NCBI GenBank assembly: GCA_904063045.1
Contig: CAJFCJ010000008.1
Location: 806,001 to 870,000, forward strand
DNA: 64,000 nt
DNA from: Dimorphilus gyrociliatus
Lineage: Eukaryota > Animalia > Annelida
Direction: 5' to 3'
Position numbers and translations under genes: made by a program. Every line of letters begins with the position of its first letter. Position 1 is the stretch's first letter. Below are positions 11,362 to 21,686 of the stretch, in pieces. The notes beneath the pieces were generated by a model. The model was not told where the DNA came from and searched no databases. It saw only the letters and a list, made by a program, of their open reading frames with translations.

Positions 11362-11877
11362 TTATGGTCTCAATAAAAATATTGTTATTGAACCTCCAGC
11401 AATTAGAAGTATTAGGAAAGCAATAAGGTTGATTATTAAGGCTCGTTGTGCCAAAATGTTAGCTTCTTTGGGAAGTCCTTTATTGTAGCAAGTTCTCGAT
11501 CGCAGAGAATACCGTAGCGCAAAAATTCCTGTTATATTTAATATATATGTATTAAAACTAAAAACAAGTCATTATTGTAAGATATAAATTTAATTACCAA
11601 TAAAAATATTAAGAATTGTCATAACTACAGAAAAATGTAAATATGTCCTTGTCTTCTTTTTTACTTTCTTCAACGCAGATGCCTGAGGTTCAAGTGTCAC
11701 TGGATGACTAAATATCGGTATTGATTTAACACTATTAGTTTGCTTCAATGATTGAATATCTATGTTCAACTCTTCTTCAAAATTATGATTGGCAGATAAT
11801 CCATAACTTGTTGACGTTTCCCAAGTCTTTTCATCCCATTCTTTTTCCCTTTTACTTAACTTCAGGGTCTTCGGCAT
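11362..11877 (-). CDS. CD225/dispanin-family (PRRT/IFITM-like) membrane protein
   Basis: Exons 11598-11877 and 11362-11528 join as TYLHFSVVMTILNIFIGIFALRYSLRSRTCYNKGLPKEANILAQRALIINLIAFL, which is the CD225 pattern. The start may lie further upstream. Confidence 0.7.
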
Positions 11878-12301
11878 AGTCACGACTGTGTCATTCACAG
11901 GTCGATATTAGTATTAAATTTGAATTACGTGAAAAATGGGCGTATGTAATATGATTCAGGGCAAAATTCGAATCTTAATAGGCCTTTCATTCTTGACTAG
12001 TCCATATTGACGACCTTAAGTTGAATTGAAAATAGATATTACCTTCTACTATTTCAAGTAATCTGAAAGCCAACGCCATCTTTCGTTTTTAGGAGTTGTG
12101 TATATACGGGGAAACTTAATTTATACATAAAAGAACGATATCACTAATCAATTTTCTCGTTCCAGAATTAAATAAGAAGTCTATAATTAATCTGACATTT
12201 TATCAGAGTTAATTACATCCTTTTATTATAACATAGATTACTTAACTGATAAAACTCTTATATTCACCGAATGCAGATCTTTGTCTTAGGTTGTTGAAAT
12301 T

Positions 12302-13539
12302 ATGCTTAATTCAAGTGATCAACGATTGCGCAATTTTTTCGGGACTTTAGGAATCTTATGTACGCTTATTGGAATATTGGGTGTAATAGGTAATTTGTTA
12401 ATACTACTCCTGATATTGTTTGTTAAAAGTTTACATAAGAGTCGCTTTGGTTTAGTTTTTGCTCTTTCACTTATTGATTTCATTTTGGCGACTATAGTTA
12501 CAGCATTTGGAATTTTACGTTTACGTTTCCTTAATGATGATAATAATCCAATTATTCATTATGTATATTATAAAACGAACTTTATTTGTATATCTCTACA
12601 TTTCGTCCCTATGGTACTAATGAACGTATCATATTGGCTGTTGGTTTTTGTTACTTTAGAAAGATATTTGAGTCTTCGTTATCCGTTAAAGCATAAAGTT
12701 TACTTTAAAAAGTATATTGTTTTTGGAGGGATGCTCATTCTAGTTATATTTTGCTCCTTTTTCTCTCTTCTCCTAATCTCTTGGAAAAAGTTGTCCAAAC
12801 GACCAGGAAAGAATAGAAAAATTTTATGCAACGGTATTTGTATATTCCGCTTTCAGCCGATAGTAAATTAAAATTCTATTTTTATTAAGGTATTATTTCA
12901 AAAGATAAAACGTCATGGATTGTTGTTAGTATTGTTGGAGCCTTATTGCCTACAACTATCGTTGTTGTTTTATCATACTTAATGGTTTCAATTGCCACGA
13001 ATCATTGGAGGAGAAAGATGGAAACAACCAAAAGAATAGCAACGATACAATCGAAATACACAATGAACAATAATAGTATGGCTAAGTATGGGAATGAATG
13101 GATGAAATCCTATCAAGATAGTCTCACAACTGCAAAATTATCAAGTATAAAAACGTCATTTCCAGTTGGTCTACTTTTCTTTCAGAAGTCTCCTTTAAAT
13201 TTACTTTACTGTTTTGGAAATCAAATTAAAGTCAAGTCAAATGGAAATAGTATTTTTAGTGATGAAAATGCAACTAGGAGAAATTTACCAGCTAAATCGA
13301 TAAAATTCCTTTGCCTGGTTCTTATATTTCAAGTGATTCTACGAATTCCTTTCCTTGTAACGAGAACCCTCCGTATGGTTAGTTGTTCAAATTGTGATCG
13401 TTCAAAGACTGTAATAGCAGATACTTTTAGTACAATTTCTCAAATATTAACTGTTATGGTAAATCCATTTATATTTACTCTAATGAATCGTCAATTTAGA
13501 CAAGGTCTCTCATTATTTTGTAGATGTTGCAGAACTTAA
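12302..13539 (+). CDS. Rhodopsin-family orphan GPCR (paralogue A), one 56-nt intron at 12834-12889
   Basis: GN in TM1, LSLIDF in TM2, TLERYLSLRYP, and VNPFIFTLMNRQFR. The two ORF-track pieces join in frame across the intron. Confidence 0.85.
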
Positions 13540-13833
13540 TAAAATATACAAAAAATAGCTAAATATTAAGATTCTATAATTAATAGGAATATTAATTAAT
13601 CAACCCTCGTTTTTTTTTCTTTATTTATCTGATAAGAAAAGTGATTTCAACAATAGACACGTGTTTTTCTATGATAGAAACTTTTAGCAGTTGCTTAAGT
13701 GTCAGGTTGTAAATATTGGATGGCTGTTATCGGGAAATAAACACAGTTAATAAGACGTTGTCAAGCGATAAATGATTCTTTCTGCTATTCGTGATTAACA
13801 GTAAGCTAGTAGCTTCTCAAAAAGAATAGAAAA

Positions 13834-15168
13834 ATGGCTTCGGAGCTTCTTTCAAATAATAATACGAGTTCTGCCGCTAAAAGTTTTTATCTTTCAATGA
13901 AAACGTGCACTATACTTATTGGAACATTTGGTACTGTTGGTAATGCAGCTATTTTGGCTATGGTTGTTCAAGATAAATCTTTACGTAAATGCAGATACGC
14001 ATTTGTTGTGGCTCTTACCATTATCGACCTAATTTTGGCTATAATTAGTACTTTTTTAGCCGTTTTGCGACTTGCTTTCCAGCAAAATTTCCATCATCCG
14101 GCCCTTCAATATATTTTATATAAAGATAATTTCCTTTGTGCCTTTTTTCGCTTAGCGCCATTTGCTTTCCTTCATTTGTCAATTTGGACTTTGTTTTGTG
14201 TCTCATTAGAACGTCTAATCGCTGTTAGATTTCCTTTTAAGCATGTACTCATCTTTACAAAAAGGACGGTTATATGCCTCCTATTGGTTATTTATATACC
14301 GTCAATTATTCTAACTCTCATGTCTATATTCCCAATCAATCCCGGAAGTTCAATTCCTGTGGACAGACGACCCAAGGTATTCTGTTCAGGAATTATAGCA
14401 GCTAGTCACAAACGTTGGATAATCACCGTAATGATTGGTTTAGGTTTACCAACCATTCTCGTTGTTTCGACATCCTATTGGGCAGTTTTAATTGCCAACA
14501 ATCATTCGAGAAAAATGGAGGCGAAACGTCAAAATTTGGCCTATATTCAAGGCAAATTTAGATCTGCTAATTGTGGCCATAGAGAAAGGAGAGATATGGG
14601 AAAGAAAGAAGACAATTGCGAAGGATACGAGAAGAAACATTGCACTAGAATTTTTCGTTCAATGACATTTTCAATCAGTATGATTGCTATTGAAGATGCA
14701 ACATTTAGCCTTCAAAAGCAACGTAGGAGTATCTCTTTTGAGTCCTTAGATACAATTGATAAAGAATGGTCAAATGATATTTTAACAAAACTCAATGGAA
14801 TGAATAACGCAAAAAGTGAAAAAGATACAACTTCTACAATTTCTTCAAGAAAACAATCTTTATCTTTGGATAGGTGTTCAACAAGCAAACTACCGAAAAA
14901 TTCTACTAAGAATTGGTCACCAAAAGCTATTAAATTCCTTTCGATGGTTCTCATCTTTCAAGTGATTTTAAGATCTCCAGCCGTCGTAACAAGCGGTCTC
15001 AGAATGCTTTGTGTTGGTTGTAATAGACAAAATTTAGCTATTGCAGATTCGTTCTGCGGTCCCGTTCAACTATTGACAATCATGCTTAATCCATTCGTTT
15101 TCACATTAAGAAATCGACCATTCCGTCAAGCTGCTAATAATTTTTTCGGTCAATGTTGTAAACGTTAA
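13834..15168 (+). CDS. Rhodopsin-family orphan GPCR (paralogue B), intronless, long third intracellular loop
   Basis: SLERLIAVRFP, FQVILRSP and LNPFVFTLRNRPFR; clearly similar to paralogue A. Confidence 0.88.
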   Translation: MASELLSNNNTSSAAKSFYLSMKTCTILIGTFGTVGNAAILAMVVQDKSLRKCRYAFVVALTIIDLILAIISTFLAVLRLAFQQNFHHPALQYILYKDNFLCAFFRLAPFAFLHLSIWTLFCVSLERLIAVRFPFKHVLIFTKRTVICLLLVIYIPSIILTLMSIFPINPGSSIPVDRRPKVFCSGIIAASHKRWIITVMIGLGLPTILVVSTSYWAVLIANNHSRKMEAKRQNLAYIQGKFRSANCGHRERRDMGKKEDNCEGYEKKHCTRIFRSMTFSISMIAIEDATFSLQKQRRSISFESLDTIDKEWSNDILTKLNGMNNAKSEKDTTSTISSRKQSLSLDRCSTSKLPKNSTKNWSPKAIKFLSMVLIFQVILRSPAVVTSGLRMLCVGCNRQNLAIADSFCGPVQLLTIMLNPFVFTLRNRPFRQAANNFFGQCCKR

Positions 15169-16128
15169 AAAACACATAGTATCTTTTAATATTAAAATTA
15201 TTATTTGATCATTTACAATCTATATATAAACATTGAAGTAAAATAATATTTATGGATATAGTTAAGTTTTTATATTGCAAAATTTCGCCTAGTTTGTCAG
15301 CTATAAGTATCTATTTATACTTCTTTATTAATTGATTAATTTATTTGGTTAGAAAGCTATGATTCAGATAAATGTGGTGCATTTTTTTTCTTTACTTCCA
15401 CGAATGTATTAAGCATTCTTTTGGTCTGCAATTCATTTATTTAAAGGTTATTCGTGAATAAAAGAATTAAACTATTAATAGCTCGAAGAACTTAGTTTTT
15501 CTATTTCAATATCAATGCTCATATCTTTAAAAGCAACTAAGCGTAAACTTAACTTTTGACTCTTTTGAATATAGAATAATAACATTTACTAAAGAAATTC
15601 CAAAAAGGTACAAATTCCTTTTTTAAAGGGCAGACCTATATTTTTTTTTGGAAATATATACAGTATATAGGATAAATTGAGAAAGCCTCTTCTAATAATT
15701 TAAATATAAAACTCAAGCTTTTGTTTGAAATTGAAATTATTATTTATACAAGTTAAGCTTAAGTCGTGAGAGACTTCAAGAAATAAACTAGGCCTATATA
15801 TTAAACTATATAACAAAAATGTAGAAGATTTTCTTTTCTTTTTTTTTATATTTTTTTTAAAAAAAAAAAATAATCATAAATCAAAAAAAAATCATTTTAT
15901 TGCACAGAGATATAAAAAAAACAAAATGGTACAATAACAAAATATATTATCTTAGATGAATAAATCATCTTAAACGGTTTTAAAATTTGAATATTTCAAA
16001 AAAGAAAGAGAGAGAAAAAACGATACACAAATATATTATTACACATATGAATATTTGTTTGTATATATATATTTCTGATTGTTTGTTTGTATGTTTGTTT
16101 TCTTTTTAAACAGTTGAGGAGAGAGAAC

Positions 16129-16134
<6 letters not shown>

Positions 16135-16159
<25 letters not shown>
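16135..16159. repeat. (GATA)/(GA)n microsatellite
   Basis: Run of gatagatagagagagagagagagag read directly. Confidence 0.85.
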
Positions 16160-16160
<1 letters not shown>

Positions 16161-16436
16161 CGTTCAAGTGAACAAATTTCATATAAATAACTTAATTTAA
16201 AAAAAAACATAATAACTTTGTTAAATTTTTCGATAGAAAAAAAATTGTTTGAAGCACCAAAAATATCAAAAAAAAGAAAAAACTGTTACATTTTCTTTCT
16301 TTGAATTTTCTTTCTCTTTTTTTTTACGCATCTTTTAATAGTGAAAAAAAAATGAAAATATAGTTATTTCTCTTTGCTTTTTCCTTTTCTTCCTTCACTT
16401 ATTCAGACAGTAAAAATTCAAAAATAATATTTACTT

Positions 16437-18790
16437 TTACGTGATATTAGATACGGTGGTTTGTATTTGTTCAGTCACATTTCCCACCGCTTTTACTTCG
16501 TAGTTAGTTGTTAAATTTGTATCGGTTGCTATCTCTATTGTTGGAGACGTTGTTGAATCATCCGATTTTTTAGTGGTAAATTGTGTTTCTTCTTTTGTTT
16601 GATAAGTTGTGGTACGACTACTAGCGCCATCTTCTGTAGTCAAATGGTCAGTTGTTACAAAATCCCTAGCTGCTGTCGTTAGCTGAGCAGCTGGTGAGGT
16701 AGATAATTCAACTATTTTCTTAGTTGTTTGAATTGTGGTAGTTAATGATGATGTAGTTGCTTTATTCATTGAACGTGATGTATGAAAAATAGTTGTTTGT
16801 TCCCGAAATGTTGAGGCTTTAACGCTATCTTCCAATGGTTTATATGTCTGAACGAATTCATCCGACTTAGTTTTGAACACTGATTTAATGTTATTCTCCA
16901 ACTCCAGAACGCTTATGTCTTTAATTAATGATAATCTTACTACAGCTACAATGCTTCCTTGTCTAAAAATGATTTAATATTAAAAAAAAAACAAAGATAA
17001 ATAAATAAATCAAATAAAAAAGAAAAAGTAATAAAAATACTAAAGAACTGAAACTTTTACATTAAAATTAAAATAATAATAATAATACGAAAAAAAAAGA
17101 TAGAGAAAAAGAGAGAAGCTCCGAAAGACTGAAAGAATGAATGAACGAACGAACGAATGAATGAATGAATGAAAGAAAAGAGGGGAAATAATAGAAAAAT
17201 ATTCTTTGAAGATAGAAAAAAGTAAATTCCTTTAAAGCTTACTCGAATTTGATCACTGAGCAATTGTTAAAGTCTGTTTCCTGTATGCCAGCTTTCACCT
17301 GTTTTCGGGATAAAATTTTTTATATAACTCTATGTATTATAATATATGTCACTTCTTTTCTTATACTTTCTCCTTTTGAGAAATAATAAAAGAAAAGGAT
17401 AGGCTGATATTTAATTTTTATAATGTACCAGTTCGCAAGTTTTCTTCGATAGGTATTTAAAGCTATCACTCTTCTTATCAGATAATTTGCTATCAAAAGT
17501 TTTGTCATATTTAAAAGAGACTTCGTAAGGAAACGTGGTAGGCGTCTTTGTAGGTAATATGGTTGTTTTAGTGCTTGAATCATTTTTGTTTGCAGCTTTT
17601 ACTGTTAAAAAATTAATGATTACTAAAACTAATAAACTTGTATAAATAAACTAAAATAGATCTATTTATAACTTCTTACTGATATTCTACGGATACTATA
17701 TGGTGGTTACAATGGGAAGACTTTGCATATTTCAAATTGTACTAAGCCCCTATATGAACTTATATTTCACGTGATTTCTTTTTTTATATAAAGCATACAC
17801 TCGGCGGACAGTTAATCAATGGAGGTCGGAAAGCCATTGACCCTTCTAAGTCACTTGTGCGTTTAAATTTTTAGAGAGACAGGTAAACTGTTTGAAAGTA
17901 GAGGAACTTACGGGCGAATATAACAGCAGCTGCACAAGCACCAGCCGCAACAAGAGCGATTATTACCACGGCTAGAACCATAGTTCTCCAGTTCTTCTTG
18001 TACTTTTTCTTCTCTATATTCGACTCCAGAGCTGCTTCCGAATGTTTCAGATCTTCAGGACTTTCAAAAGCTGCGTTATTATATGAAGCTAACCTTGGAT
18101 CTTTTAGTCCGTTAGGCAGTCTTAGACTATCCCCCGTCTGAGTGCTAATTTCCGACTTGGTATCATTGTATTCGGAGCCATCGTCATTATTTCGTATATC
18201 GCCGTTGCCCATGTAATATTGATGGTCTTCAGCATAGTAACTCGTTTCGGCAATTGGCTCCAATTTAGGTCGCCTTTCAAATATTAACTTTCTTTTTGCA
18301 TAAGCATCTAATTTCCTAGGCCTAGGTATAGCATTTGAATTGCCGTCCAACGTAGGTTTAAAGTATGTTGTTACGCCACTTCTAGATAATCCACCATCGT
18401 GAGTGGGCGGCATTGAATAATTTTGATTAACGTCTTTTGTTTGTTTCAACGAATCGTTTCGATACGGATCGTCGCGGGAATACTGCCTTGGATCCGAATG
18501 TTGTCGTCGATTTACGGGTGGTGAGGAAGGCGAGACGTTAATATGCTTCGCATCTAGATATAATTTTGACGGCCACTGTTGGGAATAACAATGCTCGGAG
18601 GGAGGATTGGATAATATTCACAACTGATACCCCTTTGTTTATTTTTTGCACTAACCGAGTTTACTTAACTTTGGCCTATAATATCTAAAAGCAATTGTCT
18701 CTTAAGCTTTTTTTTGTAATTTACAAACAGTCATAAAAACAAGTTAAAAAAGAAAGTTATTAAATGCATGGCGTCAGGTTACTTTGTCAT
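16437..18790 (-). CDS. Type II membrane SEA-domain mucin-like protein (paralogue of 4438-7100)
   Basis: Exons join from MTKYYRPK (18790). TM MVLAVVIIALVAAGACAAAVIF; SEA exons YEVSFKYDKTFDSKLSDKKSDSF and RQGSIVAVV (~16941-16958); Thr-rich tail. The two 5'-most exons are less certain. Confidence 0.7.
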
Positions 18791-19904
18791 TTAAAGCCTT
18801 AGAAGCTCCACTGGACACGTGATACGAAGGAAAGGCTCAATATAATCAAATTGAATGAAAGATTGTATGAAAATTTTCTAAGGGCCTAACAGAAGGATAA
18901 ATATTGAAAATATTTTTAACATTACGTTGAAACGACTATTAAGTACAAAAGAGAATAGAGAATAAGATATGACATAAACGCTAATTCAATGAACGACCTA
19001 TTTTTCGTTATTTTCTTACTTATCCTACGTGAACAGTATGGACCATTTCGCAAACTATCTTCTACGTCTATCGTGTATCAGAAAGTATTTATGTAATGTA
19101 TACCGATATAATATAGTATGTTGTCTATAAATACAATATATATATATATATATATACAGTATAGTTATGCATATCAATCATATCAATATCCTCATACTAG
19201 GCCTAAGAAAATATTTCGAATAACAAAAACATAAATATAAAAATCGAACACTTAACAATAGTGTATATATTCTTATAAAACTTAGCATATTTGAAATTTT
19301 TACAAGCTAATTTTTAATTATAATTTAACTTGAATAAAATTGTACAAAATGGTAGACTTGATAAGAAAAGTAATTACTATTCTGTACTGTCGTCGAAAGA
19401 TTAATTAGTTTGACATAGGCCTAGGTAGAGAGAAGTGAAAAGAGAGAATAATACAGCCGCGTTTTGTGCATTGAAAGCACTTGCCAATAGGGAATAATTT
19501 AATTATTCTTACGTCGGAATAAGAACTTGTCCAAGCCATTTGGAAATTTTCTATATCTTACTAAAGAAATTGAGAGGATTGCAGAAGAAAACAGATGTAT
19601 CTACGTGACGAACATAATCGAGAAGGTAAGCCTTTACTCCATTTAATTTCGTAACATTCTTCTTCGCTGCCGTGCGGCGATCTATTGAACAGATTCTTAA
19701 AGGAGGGCAATAGTATATATAGAAAAGCGACTGGCTACCCCTTCCCATTCATAGAGGGAGGCGATTTTAACGGCATGCAATACACTTCAAGAAAAGTTTT
19801 ATATAACTATATTATATATATATATATATATATATTCTATAAGCATTTTTCCTGTCTACATTCACGTCAAGAAAAGAAGTCGTTCGTAGGCCTATGTTCT
19901 ATTA

Positions 19905-20808
19905 TTACAGGTGATCCTTTATCAACTGGATAGAACTATCAGGTCTCGAGAATATGAAATTGAATTGTGGCTTTCCGTTCTGAGAACAACTTCCCAGGAA
20001 CGCTTTCAATCCAGCATTCCATTTAATTTTCAACAGCATTTCACTCTGTTGAGAACCGGCCATTTTAAACTCCAACTCTCCTGTACCCTCTTTAGGTGTT
20101 TCCGGTAAATCGAAACTGCAATAATTAAAAGAACAATCAGCTTTTACTTAAGCATTTATATAAACTATAGCGAAAAAAAATTTTTATATATCACGTGACA
20201 CAATAATATGAGCAAGTGAGTACGAAGAAGCCCCGCCCATTAACTTTTCTCGCTTACGTAAAAGATATATTCACATACACAAAATATGCCAACAAAGCAA
20301 AAAATAATAACAATATCATACATCTCTTACAAATATATACAAATATTAATAATTTTAATATACTGAATATTCTATAGGACTAAATAAAATGAAAGAATTT
20401 ATACTGTTTCCCTTTTTAAAACTTAATTACGAAGCACTTTTGCCCATTGCCTTTTATTCGAATTCCAATCATTTTAAACATTTTCACAGTAAAAGACTTG
20501 AATATTTTTATATAAAAAAACTTTTCTATTCTTTCTTCTTTTATTAGATTTTTAAGTAAAGAAATAAATTACAGTTTCAATTCTAAAATGTTCTTTTTTA
20601 AACTAGCTTCTTCTTTTTTTTAATAATGGAAGAATAAAGAACAAAATAAGAGAACATATATAAAAACTGCCTACCTAACGCCGCTAATAGGAAATTTCAA
20701 TTGTACTTTTCGATCTTCTACAACGCACGATCCCAAAACTGGAATATTCTGCGCCGACATAGGCATTGCCAAATACATGGTAGCTACACCAGTATAACTA
20801 TCCGCCAT
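19905..20808 (-). CDS. Uncharacterised 114-aa protein (two exons, absent from ORF track)
   Basis: Exons 20675-20808 and 19905-20115 join in phase 2 via AG|GTAGG...TGCAG. ATG in strong context AAGATGG. Product MADSYTGVATMYLAMPMSAQNIPVLGSCVVEDRKVQLKFPISGVSFDLPETPKEG...IKDHL. Confidence 0.75.
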
Positions 20809-21686
20809 CTTCTTTTTGTTTTGCCTTTTAAATATTTAAAAAATATATTAAATCATTAGCGTCTTGTCGTGTTCTTTTTGACGTTGGAAAATAAACGAAT
20901 TAATATTAGAAAACTGGAAAAAATTACGTGTGAAAAATTTAACGGTAGGTATCGTATGCCTTACCTTTAGATAATCCGGAGGCGAACTGCAAAGATGTTT
21001 TTGGCAATGTGATTGATGTTAGCCTAGTTTAATGCGGAACGGAAAGCTGATTTGTTCCTTGCACTGCTATGAAAATCTTGAGCCTAATATTTTTCTCATT
21101 AGCTTAAAACAAATCTCGATAAAGGAATCCTAAAGTTGTATTTTTCGTTGAACCGAATAAGAATACTTTTTATTACCATCGTTAACATGTGGGACAGCAA
21201 TCCTGAGCTCTAAGGCCTATTGAGAACTTCTTATCACATTAAAAGAAAAATGAATTGTGGTAAAAAAAATTTGAAGTGCTTTTTGCAGTAGTACTTCTTA
21301 CGTCTTCTTGTTTATTGATTATATCAATGCCTACTCATCTTTGTTTATACAACATTTTTAGAAGTGCCTTATTAATCTCATTTATTCTCAAAATAACACA
21401 TAAATCGCCTAACTGTGCCTTACGTAGTGATGCCTGTTGGGTAAAAAATTACAGTATTACAACGTGCAACATCCGAATATGTTTGGAATTTGCACTAAGC
21501 CAGGCAGCAGTTTACGATCAATTTTCTAGGCAACTGGTAATAAAATAAATTGAAATTTCAAATTTCGGCTCCTCAGTCAGTCTAAGTTTGGTATGTTTTA
21601 TCTTACACATGTCAAAACAATTTTGCTATTTATTTTATTTAGAAAATAAATTTTAATTTTTCCTTAATAGTACAACTGAGTTTTTT

